32,000 bases of DNA, taken from positions 3,690,001 to 3,722,000 of the forward strand of contig NZ_LN831024.1 in the NCBI RefSeq assembly GCF_001457615.1, written 5' to 3'. Source of the stretch: Pseudomonas aeruginosa. Its GTDB lineage: Bacteria > Pseudomonadota > Gammaproteobacteria > Pseudomonadales > Pseudomonadaceae. Shown here in pieces: positions 17,915 to 27,349 of this stretch (position 1 is its first letter; each line of letters begins with the position of its first letter). The notes beneath the pieces were generated by a model. That model saw nothing but the letters and a program-made list of their open reading frames with translations. It had not been told where the DNA came from and ran no database searches. Position numbers and translations under genes: made by a program.

Positions 17915-18517
17915 TCAATCCAGCATCCCCACATACCCCGGCACCTCCCCCACTCGCTTGATCCACGCGCGGATCGCCGGGTAGGCCGTCAGGTCGAAGC
18001 CGCCTTCATGGGCGACATGGGTGTAGGCGTAGAGGGTGATATCGGCGATGGAGAACTGTTCGCCGACCAGGAATGGCGTGCGCGACAGCTGTTTCTCCAT
18101 GACGTCGAGGGCCTTGTAGCCGCCGATCTTCTTCTCTTCGAACTCGGCGCGGCGGGCTTCCGGGAGGCCGAGGTAGAGCTTGATGAAGCGCGCCACGGCC
18201 ACATAGGGCTCATGGCTGTATTGCTCGAAGAATTGCCATTGCAGCACCTGGGTGCGCAGGCGCGGTTCGCTGGGCAACAGGGCGCTGCCGTCGGCGAGGA
18301 AGTTGAGGATGGCGTTGGACTCCCACAGGCAACTGCCGTCCTCCAGCTCCAGCACCGGTATCTTGCCGTTGGGGTTCTTCGCCAGGAACTCCGGGGTCTG
18401 GGTCTCGCCCTTGAGAATGTCCACCGGAACCCACTGGTAGTCGATGCCGAGCAGCGACATGGCCAGCTTGATCTTGTAGCAGTTGCCCGAACGGTAATCA
18501 CCGTAGACCTTGTACAT
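17915..18517 (-). CDS. Glutathione S-transferase family protein
   Basis: 200-aa ORF MYKVYGDYRSGNCYKIKLAMSLLGIDYQWVPVDIL...NPNGKIPVLELEDGSCLWESNAILNFLA..., GST N- and C-terminal domain signatures. Confidence 0.95.
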   Translation of the reverse strand: MYKVYGDYRSGNCYKIKLAMSLLGIDYQWVPVDILKGETQTPEFLAKNPNGKIPVLELEDGSCLWESNAILNFLADGSALLPSEPRLRTQVLQWQFFEQYSHEPYVAVARFIKLYLGLPEARRAEFEEKKIGGYKALDVMEKQLSRTPFLVGEQFSIADITLYAYTHVAHEGGFDLTAYPAIRAWIKRVGEVPGYVGMLD

Positions 18518-18572
18518 CGTGTCGCTCCTCGGATCGGATGGCCGGCGCCCCGGGAGGAGCGCCGATGAGGGT

Positions 18573-19739
18573 TCAGGCCGCTTCGGCGGCCTGGGCGTCG
18601 CGGACGACCTTGGCCAGGCGCCGCAGGCCTTCGTGCAGGCGCTCCGGGGCGACGTGGCTGAAGTTCAGCCGCAGACGCCCGAGGTTCTGCTCCGGCTCGG
18701 CGAAGAAAGGTTCGCCGGGCATGAATGCGACATCGGCGGCCAGCGCCGGCTGGAGCAGGGTGCGGGTATCCAGCGGCTGCCTGAGGGTCAGCCAGAAGAA
18801 CAGCCCGCCCTCCGGGATATTCCATTCGGCCAGCTCGCCGAAGTGCTCCAGCAGGGCCTCCTGCATGGCGTCGCGGCGGACCCGGTAGAACTCGCGCAGC
18901 TCGGCCAGGTGCTGGCGGTAGGCCTCGCTGCCGAACCATTGCAGCGCCTGCCACTGCCCTACCCGGTTGGTATGCAGGTCGGCCGACTGTTTCAGCCGCA
19001 GCAGGTGGGGGAACAGGTCCGGGGTGGCGATCAGGAAACCGACGCGCAGGCCCGGCAGCAGGGTCTTCGACACCGTGCCGGTATAGATCCAGCTGGACTT
19101 GCGCAGGCGGCTGACCAGCGGGGTTGCGCGGCCCTCGTCGAACACCAGTTCGCGATAGGGTTCGTCTTCGATCAGGGTCACGCCGAATTCGTCTAGCAGC
19201 GCCGCCACCGCGTCGCGGCGTTCCTCGCTGTAGCGCACGCCGGACGGATTCTGGAAAGTCGGGATCAGGTAGGCGAAGGCCGGCTTGTGTCGCTCCAGGC
19301 GCTGCCGCAGGGCAACCAGGTCGGGGCCCTCGGCACCCAGCGGCACGGTCACGCAATCGGCGCCGAACAATTGGAAGGCCTGTAGCGCGGCGAGGTAGGT
19401 CGGCGCCTCGAGCAGCACCTCGGTGCCCGGATCGATGAACAGCTTGCTGGCCAGGTCGAGGGTCTGCTGCGAACCGCTGACGATCAGCACCTGGCTCGCC
19501 TCGCAGGGGACGCCGAGGGCACGCGCTTCGGCGGCGATGGCTTCGCGCAGGGCAGGCTCGCCTTCGCTCATGCCGTACTGGCCCATGGAGGCCGGCATCT
19601 GCTCCCACTGCACCTTCGGCAGCATCGGCTCGGCCGGCAGCCCGCCGGCGAACGACATCACCTCCGGACGCTGCGCCGCGGCAAGGATTTCGCGGATCAA
19701 GGAGCTTTTCAGGCGGGAGATGCGTTCAGAGAAGGCCAT
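18573..19739 (-). CDS. PLP-dependent aminotransferase, class I/II (MocR/2-aminoadipate aminotransferase-like, no HTH)
   Basis: Likely start at 19739: MAFSERISRLKSSLIREILAAAQRPEVMSFAGGLPAEPMLP...; YTGTVSKTLLPGLRVGFLIA contains the PLP lysine. The track's 827-aa ORF is a spurious upstream extension. Confidence 0.95.
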   Translation of the reverse strand: MAFSERISRLKSSLIREILAAAQRPEVMSFAGGLPAEPMLPKVQWEQMPASMGQYGMSEGEPALREAIAAEARALGVPCEASQVLIVSGSQQTLDLASKLFIDPGTEVLLEAPTYLAALQAFQLFGADCVTVPLGAEGPDLVALRQRLERHKPAFAYLIPTFQNPSGVRYSEERRDAVAALLDEFGVTLIEDEPYRELVFDEGRATPLVSRLRKSSWIYTGTVSKTLLPGLRVGFLIATPDLFPHLLRLKQSADLHTNRVGQWQALQWFGSEAYRQHLAELREFYRVRRDAMQEALLEHFGELAEWNIPEGGLFFWLTLRQPLDTRTLLQPALAADVAFMPGEPFFAEPEQNLGRLRLNFSHVAPERLHEGLRRLAKVVRDAQAAEAA

Positions 19740-19772
19740 GGGATCACCGGTAGCGTAGGCGGGGAAAAATGA

Positions 19773-19787
19773 GTCAAACTGCTTGAC
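19773..19787. promoter_or_regulatory. Possible MarR-type operator GTCAA-ACTGC-TTGAC between divergent genes
   Basis: Perfect 5-bp inverted repeat in the 81-bp gap between the aminotransferase and the divergent MarR gene. Confidence 0.4.
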
Positions 19788-19820
19788 CGAAACTACGATG
19801 CCGCACCCGGAAGCGTCAAT

Positions 19821-20297
19821 ATGCCTGACCTGAAAAACCACGCCGTCCAGCAGCAGGCCATGATGGAAGCCTTCTTCTTCGCGTACCAGGCCTTCACCAC
19901 CAAGCCTGACGAGATGCTCGCCCGCCGCGGCCTGGGACGTGTGCACCACCGCGTGCTGTTCTTCATCGCCCGCTATCCGGGCCTCAGCGTGAAGGAACTG
20001 CTGGCCCTGCTCGGCGTGACCAAGCAGGCGCTGAACATCCCGCTGCGCCAGTTGCTGGAGATGAACCTGATCGGCAGCGCCACCGCCGACGACGACAAGC
20101 GCAAACGCCTCCTCGGCCTCACCGCCGAGGGCGTGCGGTTGGAAAAGGCGCTGCGTCGCGAGCAGTCGCGGCTGCTCCAACGCTGCTTCGAGGAAGCCGG
20201 CGGCGAAGCGGTCTCCGGCTGGCTGGCGGTCAATCGCACCCTGGCTCGGGCGCATGCAGGCAGCCGCGGCGAAGCGGCGACGGAGGCCGCCGACTGA
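19821..20297 (+). CDS. MarR family transcriptional regulator
   Basis: 158-aa ORF ...VHHRVLFFIARYPGLSVKELLALLGVTKQALNIPLRQLLEMNLIGSATADDDKRKRLLGLTAEG, winged-HTH MarR signature. Confidence 0.92.
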   Translation: MPDLKNHAVQQQAMMEAFFFAYQAFTTKPDEMLARRGLGRVHHRVLFFIARYPGLSVKELLALLGVTKQALNIPLRQLLEMNLIGSATADDDKRKRLLGLTAEGVRLEKALRREQSRLLQRCFEEAGGEAVSGWLAVNRTLARAHAGSRGEAATEAAD

Positions 20298-20347
20298 CGC
20301 CCCATGGGCCTGGCGCATGGACGCTCGACAAGCCGACCGGCTGCCCG

Positions 20348-20983
20348 CTAGCTCCGCTCCAACTCCCGCGCCGCGCGCCAGCAGGCCAGCGCCATGGCCA
20401 CGGTGGCGGCCAGCAGCGGCAGTACCGCCAGCACCAGCAACAGCACCGAAGCCAGCATCGCGCCGCCGGCGATGTCCAGCCAGGCCATGATCCGCAGCGA
20501 CGGATAGAGGTTTTCCTGCTTGAGCAGACGCAGGCCCAGCCAGAGGGTGGTAGCGCCGATCAGCGCAAGCAGCGCGAAGTACACCAGCGCCTGCCAGTTC
20601 CAGCCCTGCAGCGCATCGTCGGTAACCGCCAGCAGGCTCCAGCCCTCGCCCAGCAGGGTCAGGAGAATCGACAACCATACCGGCCAGGCCAGCGAGGGGC
20701 CGCGAAAGCGCGACTCGACCAGGTGCTTGAGCCGCAGCAGCAGGTAGGCGCCGAGCAGGCTGAGGAGCAGGCCCAGCCAGTCGGCGTAGACCCTGAACGC
20801 GGCGCCGTCGCCGAATGCCTCCAGCAGGCTGAGCACCATCAGCACCACGCCGCCGGCTATCGAGGCCAGGCAGAGCCAGGCGAGGATGCGCAGTTGCGCG
20901 GGCGTCCAGCGCCGGCGGAAAGCATCCGGTATGCCCTGCTCGACCAATTCGACACGCGGCGTGGCGTAGGGGTTTGCATCCAT
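20348..20983 (-). CDS. Predicted multi-pass inner-membrane protein of unknown function
   Basis: Likely start at 20983 (MDANPYATPRVELVEQ...); about five hydrophobic segments. Confidence 0.85.
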   Translation of the reverse strand: MDANPYATPRVELVEQGIPDAFRRRWTPAQLRILAWLCLASIAGGVVLMVLSLLEAFGDGAAFRVYADWLGLLLSLLGAYLLLRLKHLVESRFRGPSLAWPVWLSILLTLLGEGWSLLAVTDDALQGWNWQALVYFALLALIGATTLWLGLRLLKQENLYPSLRIMAWLDIAGGAMLASVLLLVLAVLPLLAATVAMALACWRAARELERS

Positions 20984-21213
20984 GGCGAAGCTCCTCGGCA
21001 AATGCCGGGAAGTTACCAGCTCCGCCAGCTTCCGGCAGCTGCGACTGTATGGCCAACTATGTCCGCGGCTGTACCGGGACAGCCCCTGGCCGGCTGTTTA
21101 GGCTGCGCAAAACAGAAAAAGATGATCGGCACTCCGCGCCTCGCGCAACCTGCCCCGTGGCTCCGCCCACCGCCGTGCCCGGTCGTCCCGCACACTCCAT
21201 GGAAGTACCCGGC

Positions 21214-22410
21214 ATGACCGAAACCACCCAGCCCCAGCCTCGTCTGCGTCCGTTCGCCGACTCCTCTCCCGCCGCCGTGGTGGCCGGCTTCGTCGCCATG
21301 CTCACCGGCTACACCAGCTCGCTGGTACTGATGTTCCAGGCCGGGCAGAACGCCGGTCTCAGCAGCGCGCAGATTTCCTCGTGGATCTGGGCCCTGTCGA
21401 TCGGCATGGGCCTGGCGACCATCGGCCTGACCCTGCGCTACCGGGTGCCGATCGTGATCGCCTGGTCCACCCCCGGCGCGGCGCTGCTGATCAGCAGCCT
21501 GCCCGGAGTGCCGTACAGCGAGGCGATCGGCGCCTTCATCGTCTGCGCCCTCCTGATCACCCTGTGCGGCGTCACCGGCAGCTTCGAACGCCTGATGCGC
21601 CAGGTTCCCTCCTCGCTGGCCTCGGCGCTGCTGGCCGGGGTGCTGTTCCGCATCGGCATCGAGATCTGCAACGCCGCCGAGCAACAGACCCTGCTGGTGC
21701 TGGCGATGTTCTTCAGCTATCTGCTGTGCAAACGCTTCTCGCCGCGCTATGCGGTGTTCGCTGCGCTACTGGTGGGGGTGCTGCTGGCCGGGATACTGGG
21801 CCAACTGGACTTCAGCAGGTTCCGCCTGGAACTGGCGGTACCGGAGTGGACCACGCCGAGCTTCTCCCTGGCCGCCACCATCAGCATCGGCATCCCGCTG
21901 TTCATCGTCGCCATGGCTTCGCAGAACATGCCCGGCATCGCCGTGCTGCGCGCCGACGGCTACCAGGTGCCGGCCTCGCCGCTGATCTCGAGTACCGGCA
22001 TCGCCTCGATCCTGCTGGCACCGTTCGGCTCCCACGGGATCAACCTGGCGGCGATCAGCGCGGCGATCTGCACCGGTCCCTCGGCCCACGAGGACCCGCA
22101 CAAGCGCTATACCGCGGCGCTCTGGTGCGGCTTCTTCAACTGCGTCGCAGGAACCTTCGGCGCCACCCTGGCAGCGTTGTTCGCGGCGTTCCCCAAGGCA
22201 CTGGTACTGTCCATCGCCGCCATCGCCCTGCTCGGCTCGATCATGAACGGCCTGGCCAACTCGATGGCCGACGAGCGCCAGCGCGAGGCCGCGCTGGTGA
22301 CCTTCATGGTCACCGCCTCCGGCTTCACCCTGCTGTCCATCGGCTCGGCGTTCTGGGGCCTGGTGGCCGGCCTGCTGACTCAGTTCGTGCTCAACTGGCG
22401 GCGCGGCTGA
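21214..22410 (+). CDS. BenE family benzoate/aromatic transporter
   Basis: MTETTQPQPRLRPFADSSPAAVVAGFVAMLTGYTSSLVLMFQAGQNAGLSSAQISSWIWALSIGMG...TPGAALL; BenE-like polytopic protein. An in-frame start at 21199 is also possible. Confidence 0.93.
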   Translation: MTETTQPQPRLRPFADSSPAAVVAGFVAMLTGYTSSLVLMFQAGQNAGLSSAQISSWIWALSIGMGLATIGLTLRYRVPIVIAWSTPGAALLISSLPGVPYSEAIGAFIVCALLITLCGVTGSFERLMRQVPSSLASALLAGVLFRIGIEICNAAEQQTLLVLAMFFSYLLCKRFSPRYAVFAALLVGVLLAGILGQLDFSRFRLELAVPEWTTPSFSLAATISIGIPLFIVAMASQNMPGIAVLRADGYQVPASPLISSTGIASILLAPFGSHGINLAAISAAICTGPSAHEDPHKRYTAALWCGFFNCVAGTFGATLAALFAAFPKALVLSIAAIALLGSIMNGLANSMADERQREAALVTFMVTASGFTLLSIGSAFWGLVAGLLTQFVLNWRRG

Positions 22411-22416
22411 CCGACC

Positions 22417-23310
22417 TCAGTCCGGCGCCGTCACGGGCGCCGGCGCGGCCTGGTGGCCACGGCTGACCCACCAGCCGAAGGCCGCCGCGGTGAAGAACAT
22501 CAGCACTCCGTAGATCGCCGGCGGAATCGCCATGGTGCTGTTGTTCAGCAGGCTCGGACTCAGCGCCAGGGCGATCGCCAGGGTGCCGTTGTGGATGCCG
22601 ATCTCCATGCCGATGGCCACCGCCTGGGCCTTCGGCAGGCGCAGCAGGCGCGGCACCCAGTAGCCCACCGCCAGGCTCAGCAGGTTGAAGGCCAGCGCGG
22701 CCAGCCCGACCACCGGCGCGTAGGTGACGAAGGTCTGCCAGTCCTTGGCTAGCGCCAGCAGGATGATCACCAGCAACAGCAGCGCGGAAAGGATCTTCAC
22801 CGGCTTCTGCAGGCGATCCGCCACGGCCGGCAGGCGGTTGCGCACCAGCATGCCGATGGCCACCGGGCCGAGGACGATGACGAAGACCTGCACGACCTTG
22901 CCGAACTGCAAGGGAATCGCCTGCCCGTCGCCCATGAAGTATTGCAGCGACAGATTGACGATCAGCGGCATGGTGAGGATGGCGATCACCGAGTTCACCG
23001 CGGTCAGGGTGATGTTCAGTGCCACGTCGCCATGCGCCAGGTGGCTGTAGAGGTTGGCGGTGGTGCCGCCGGGCGAGGCCGCCAGCAACATCATGCCGAC
23101 CGCCAGGGCCGCCTCCAGGGCGAAGCCCTGGACGATCAGGAAACAGGCCAGGGGCAGCAGGACGATCTGGCACACCAGGCCGACCAGCACCGGCTTCGGG
23201 TAGCGCACCACGCGGAGGAAGTCGGCCGGGGTCAGGGACAGTCCGAGACCGAGCATGATGATGCCCAGGGCGATGGGGAGGAACAGGGTCAGGATGGGAT
23301 CGGCGGTCAT
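22417..23310 (-). CDS. Bile acid:sodium symporter (BASS/SBF) family transporter
   Basis: 297-aa ORF MTADPILTLFLPIALGIIMLGLGLSLTPADFLRVVRYPKPVLVG...MLLAASPGGTTANLYSHLAHGDVALNITLTAVNS... Confidence 0.95.
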   Translation of the reverse strand: MTADPILTLFLPIALGIIMLGLGLSLTPADFLRVVRYPKPVLVGLVCQIVLLPLACFLIVQGFALEAALAVGMMLLAASPGGTTANLYSHLAHGDVALNITLTAVNSVIAILTMPLIVNLSLQYFMGDGQAIPLQFGKVVQVFVIVLGPVAIGMLVRNRLPAVADRLQKPVKILSALLLLVIILLALAKDWQTFVTYAPVVGLAALAFNLLSLAVGYWVPRLLRLPKAQAVAIGMEIGIHNGTLAIALALSPSLLNNSTMAIPPAIYGVLMFFTAAAFGWWVSRGHQAAPAPVTAPD

Positions 23311-23428
23311 TATTGTTATTGCTCCGATGCGATGGAGACGGGCTCAGGCCCCGGATTCTCGACCCAGGTTAGTCCCCCGGCAGTGGCCTGGCGCGCCAAA
23401 CCGCGCGCCGACCTGTAACAGAATGCGA

Positions 23429-23447
23429 ATGCCCCGCGCCGGGGCAT
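23429..23447 (-). terminator. Hairpin ATGCCCC-GGCGC-GGGGCAT (minus strand) downstream of the SDR gene
   Basis: Perfect 7-bp GC-rich stem with 5-nt loop; only a weak T-rich tail (TCGCATTCTGTT) on the minus strand. Confidence 0.45.
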
Positions 23448-23468
23448 CCCGGTTGTATCGCCGCCCGC

Positions 23469-24230
23469 TCAGATCGCCGTCGCCCCGCCGTCCACCGGCA
23501 AGGCGATACCGGTGGTGAAGCCTGCGTTGTCGCTGCACAGATAGAGCACCGCGGCGGCGATTTCCTCGACCCGCCCGACCCGACCCAGCGGATGCATCGC
23601 GGCGGCGAACTCGGCCTTGCGCGGATCGGCCTCGTAGGCGCGGCGGAACATGTCGGTGTCGATCACCGCCGGACACACGGCGTTGACGCGGATGCCCTTC
23701 TTCGCGTACTCGATCGCCGCCGATTTGGTCAGGCCGATCACCGCGTGCTTGGAAGCAGCGTAGATGCTCATCTTCGGCGCCGCGCCGAGCCCGGCGACCG
23801 AGGCGGTGTTGACGATCGCGCCACCGCCCTGGGCCAGCATCAGCGGGATCTGGTGCTTCATGCACAACCAGACGCCCTTCACGTTGACAGCCATGATGGC
23901 GTCGAACTCGGCTTCGTTGCCGTCGGCCAGCTTGCCCTGCTCGATCTCGATACCGGCGTTGTTGAAGGCATAGTCGAGACGGCCGTAGGCCGCTGCGCAA
24001 CCCTCTACCAGCGCCTTGACCTCGGCGTCGCGGGTGACGTCGCAGCGAATGAAGAGGGCTTCGCCACCTGCCTGGCGGATCGCTTCGACCGTGCCCTCGC
24101 CGCCGGCGCTGTCCAGGTCGGCGACCACCACCTTGACCCCGGCGGCGGCGAAGGCCAGCGCGGTAGCGCGGCCGATGCCCGCCGCACCGCCAGTGACCAG
24201 CGCGACCTGGCCGGAAAGAAGTTTGCTCAT
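23469..24230 (-). CDS. Short-chain dehydrogenase/reductase family oxidoreductase
   Basis: Likely start at 24230: MSKLLSGQVALVTGGAAGIGRATALAF...; TGGAAGIG nucleotide-binding motif, YAASKHA active site, C-terminal PVDGG. Confidence 0.95.
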   Translation of the reverse strand: MSKLLSGQVALVTGGAAGIGRATALAFAAAGVKVVVADLDSAGGEGTVEAIRQAGGEALFIRCDVTRDAEVKALVEGCAAAYGRLDYAFNNAGIEIEQGKLADGNEAEFDAIMAVNVKGVWLCMKHQIPLMLAQGGGAIVNTASVAGLGAAPKMSIYAASKHAVIGLTKSAAIEYAKKGIRVNAVCPAVIDTDMFRRAYEADPRKAEFAAAMHPLGRVGRVEEIAAAVLYLCSDNAGFTTGIALPVDGGATAI

Positions 24231-24386
24231 CTGCTGCTCCTCGGAAAATCGCCTTCCGCCAACCGCGACGGAACTGGGCCGCGCCAGTCTAGCCAGGGCC
24301 GGCGCAAGGCATAGCACTATCAGGGGACTGGAGGATGGGCCATCCAGCCCGCTGATAAGACTGATGGCGGCGAATCATCGGCATAG

Positions 24387-24398
24387 ATGACCGGTCAT
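24387..24398. promoter_or_regulatory. 12-bp perfect palindrome ATGACCGGTCAT in the divergent SDR/MDR intergenic region
   Basis: Read directly; GACCGGTC-type palindromes are common TetR-family operators, but no regulator is adjacent. Confidence 0.35.
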
Positions 24399-24480
24399 TT
24401 CCGCACTCGCCTTCGCTTGCCGCCGGCGCCGGCGCCAGCTATCCCTAGGGGCCTGTTTCCCGACATTCGAGTGCCCTGCC

Positions 24481-25485
24481 ATGACCTCCCAGATCAATCG
24501 GCAATACCAGTTGGCCCAGCGTCCCAGCGGGCTGCCCGGCCGCGACACCTTCAGTTTCGTCGAAACCCCGCTCGGCGAACCGGCCGAGGGCCAGATCCTG
24601 GTGAAGAACGAGTACCTGTCGCTGGACCCGGCGATGCGCGGCTGGATGAACGACGCCCGCTCCTACATCCCGCCGGTGGGGATCGGCGAGGTGATGCGTG
24701 CGCTCGGCGTCGGCAAGGTGCTGGTTTCGAAGCACCCCGGCTTCCAGGCCGGCGACTACGTCAACGGCGCCCTCGGCGTGCAGGACTATTTCATCGGCGA
24801 GCCCAAGGGTTTCTACAAGGTCGACCCGTCCCGCGCGCCGCTGCCACGCTATCTCTCGGCGCTGGGCATGACCGGCATGACCGCCTACTTCGCGTTGCTC
24901 GACGTCGGCCAGCCGAAGAACGGCGAGACCGTGGTGATCTCCGGCGCCGCCGGTGCGGTGGGCAGCGTTGCCGGGCAGATCGCCAGGCTCAAGGGCTGCC
25001 GGGTGGTGGGCATCGCCGGCGGCGCCGAGAAATGTCGCTTCCTGGTCGAAGAACTGGGCTTCGACGGCGCCATCGACTACAAGAACGAAGACCTCGCCGC
25101 CGGACTCAAGCGCGAATGCCCGAAGGGTATCGATGTGTTCTTCGACAACGTCGGCGGCGAAATCCTCGACACAGTGCTCACCCGCATCGCCTTCAAGGCA
25201 CGCATCGTCCTCTGCGGGGCGATCAGCCAGTACAACAACAAGGAAGCGGTGCGCGGCCCGGCCAACTACCTGTCGCTGCTGGTCAATCGGGCGCGCATGG
25301 AAGGCATGGTGGTGATGGACTATGCCCAGCGCTTCCCAGAAGGCCTGAAGGAGATGGCCACCTGGCTGGCGGAAGGCAAGCTGCAATCGCGCGAGGACAT
25401 CGTCGAAGGCCTGGAGACCTTCCCCGAAACGCTGCTCAAGCTGTTCAGCGGGGAAAACTTCGGCAAGTTGGTGTTGAAGGTCTGA
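24481..25485 (+). CDS. NADP-dependent MDR-superfamily oxidoreductase (prostaglandin reductase/CurA-like)
   Basis: 334-aa ORF MTSQINRQYQLAQRPSGLPGRDTFSFVETPLGEPAEGQILVKNEYLSLDPAMRGWMND...; VVISGAAGAVGSVAGQIARLKGCRVVGIAGG. Confidence 0.95.
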   Translation: MTSQINRQYQLAQRPSGLPGRDTFSFVETPLGEPAEGQILVKNEYLSLDPAMRGWMNDARSYIPPVGIGEVMRALGVGKVLVSKHPGFQAGDYVNGALGVQDYFIGEPKGFYKVDPSRAPLPRYLSALGMTGMTAYFALLDVGQPKNGETVVISGAAGAVGSVAGQIARLKGCRVVGIAGGAEKCRFLVEELGFDGAIDYKNEDLAAGLKRECPKGIDVFFDNVGGEILDTVLTRIAFKARIVLCGAISQYNNKEAVRGPANYLSLLVNRARMEGMVVMDYAQRFPEGLKEMATWLAEGKLQSREDIVEGLETFPETLLKLFSGENFGKLVLKV

Positions 25486-25627
25486 GGTCCGCCGCCGGCG
25501 CGAAGAAGCGGCGGATAGCGCCTCGCCTCGAAGAGCGTGTGCACTGAAGAAATAATGATTCCCGGCAATCCTGCCGCCTGTCCTTCGGGCTAAGCTGCGG
25601 CATCCGCGCCTGCAAGGAATCAGCCGC

Positions 25628-27349
25628 ATGCCACTCGCCCGCTGGGTACCCGGACTCGATAGCCTGCTCCACTACCGCCGCGCCTGGTTCCGTCCGGATG
25701 TCCAGGCCGGGCTGTCGGTAGCGGCGATCCAGATCCCCACCGCCATCGCCTACGCCCAGATCGCCGGCTTCCCGCCCCAGGTAGGCCTCTATGCGTGCAT
25801 CCTGCCGATGCTGATCTACGCCCTGATCGGCAGCTCGCGGCAGTTGATGGTAGGCCCCGACGCGGCGACCGCGGCGATGGTCGCCGCCGCCATCACCCCG
25901 CTGGCGGCGGGCGATCCGCAGCGCCTGGTGGACCTGTCGATGATCGTCGCGATCATGGTCGGGCTGTTCTCCATCGTCGCCGGCCTGGCCCGCGCCGGGT
26001 TCATCGCCAGCTTCCTCTCGCGACCGATCCTGGTCGGCTACCTCAACGGCATCGGCCTGAGCCTGCTGGTCGGGCAACTGGGCAAGCTGTTCGGCTACGA
26101 GGCGGCGACCAGCGGCTTCGTCGCCGGCATCCTCGCGCTGCTGGAGAACCTGCTGCACATCCATTGGCCGACGCTGATCCTCGGCAGCCTCTCGCTCTTG
26201 CTGATGGTGCTGCTGCCGCGGCGCTTCCCGCAGTTGCCCGGGGCGCTCTGCGGCGTCCTCCTGGCCAGCCTCGCCGCGGCGCTGCTGGGCCTGGATCGCT
26301 ACGGCGTGGAACTGCTTGGCGAGGTACCGGCCGGGCTGCCGCAACTGAGCTGGCCGCAGACCAGCCTGGAGGAACTGAAAAGCCTGCTGCGCGACGCCAC
26401 CGGCATTACCGTGGTCAGCTTCTGCAGCGCCATGCTCACCGCGCGCAGCTTCGCCGCCCGTCACGGCTACAGCATCAACGCCAACCACGAATTCGTCGCC
26501 CTCGGCCTGGCCAACATCGGCGCCGGGGTCTCCCAGGGCTTCGCCATCAGCGGCGCCGACTCACGCACCGCGGTGAACGACATGGTCGGCGGCAAGACCC
26601 AACTGGTCGGCGTGATCGCCGCACTGGTGATCGCCGCCACCCTGTTGCTGCTGAACAAGCCCCTGGGCTGGGTGCCGATGCCGGCGCTCGGCGCGGTCCT
26701 GTTGCTGGCCGGCTGGGGCCTGATCGACGTGCAGGCGCTGAAGGGCTTCTGGAAGCTCAGCCGCTTCGAGTTCAGCCTCTGCCTGCTGACCACCGTCGGC
26801 GTGCTCAGCGTCGGCGTGCTGCCGGGAATCTTCGTCGCCGTCAGCATCGCCGTACTGCGCCTGCTCTACTACACCTATCGCCCGAGCGACGCGGTGCTCG
26901 GCTGGATGCACGGCATCGACGGCCAGGTCGAGCTGGCCAAGTACCCGCAGGCCACCACTCTTCCCGGCCTGGTGATCTACCGCTTCGACGCCCCCCTGCT
27001 GTTCTTCAACGCCGACTACTTCAAGCAGCGGGTGCTTGCCGTGGTGGACGGCAGCGAGCGGCCGAATGCGGTGCTGCTCAACGCCGAAGCCATGACCAAC
27101 CTCGACATCAGCGGCCTGGCCACCCTCCACGAGGTGCAACAGATCCTCAAGGCCCAGGGCGTGCACCTGTCGCTGGCGCGGGTGACCGGGCAGACGCTGG
27201 ACCTGCTGCAACGCTCGAGCATGCTCGGCGAGATCAAGCCGCCGCTGGTGTTCAGCTCGGTGCGCTCCGGGGTCAGTGCCTATCGCTACTGGCTGCGCCA
27301 GCAGGAAAGACTCGCCGCCCAGGCCGCGGCTACAAGCGGAAATGCCTGA
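25628..27349 (+). CDS. SulP family anion (sulfate) permease with C-terminal STAS domain
   Basis: 573-aa [64 protein letters not shown]...; STAS region [22 protein letters not shown]. Confidence 0.96.
   Translation: MPLARWVPGLDSLLHYRRAWFRPDVQAGLSVAAIQIPTAIAYAQIAGFPPQVGLYACILPMLIYALIGSSRQLMVGPDAATAAMVAAAITPLAAGDPQRLVDLSMIVAIMVGLFSIVAGLARAGFIASFLSRPILVGYLNGIGLSLLVGQLGKLFGYEAATSGFVAGILALLENLLHIHWPTLILGSLSLLLMVLLPRRFPQLPGALCGVLLASLAAALLGLDRYGVELLGEVPAGLPQLSWPQTSLEELKSLLRDATGITVVSFCSAMLTARSFAARHGYSINANHEFVALGLANIGAGVSQGFAISGADSRTAVNDMVGGKTQLVGVIAALVIAATLLLLNKPLGWVPMPALGAVLLLAGWGLIDVQALKGFWKLSRFEFSLCLLTTVGVLSVGVLPGIFVAVSIAVLRLLYYTYRPSDAVLGWMHGIDGQVELAKYPQATTLPGLVIYRFDAPLLFFNADYFKQRVLAVVDGSERPNAVLLNAEAMTNLDISGLATLHEVQQILKAQGVHLSLARVTGQTLDLLQRSSMLGEIKPPLVFSSVRSGVSAYRYWLRQQERLAAQAAATSGNA

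Noticed and set aside
17989-19608. 539-aa minus-strand ORF spanning the GST and aminotransferase genes
   Set aside because: Alternate-frame Arg/Pro/Gly-rich ORF over two well-identified genes.
19740-21056. N-terminal extension of the 827-aa aminotransferase ORF
   Set aside because: The extension runs through the divergent MarR and membrane-protein genes in the wrong frame; the family start is MAFSERISRLKSS at 19739.
25488-25515. TCCGCCGC...GCGGCGGA hairpin downstream of the MDR oxidoreductase
   Set aside because: 8-bp stem but 12-nt loop and no T-tract; too weak to call a terminator.
24387-25547. 386-aa plus-strand and 394-aa minus-strand ORFs over the MDR oxidoreductase
   Set aside because: Shadow ORFs; the 334-aa frame carries all the family motifs.
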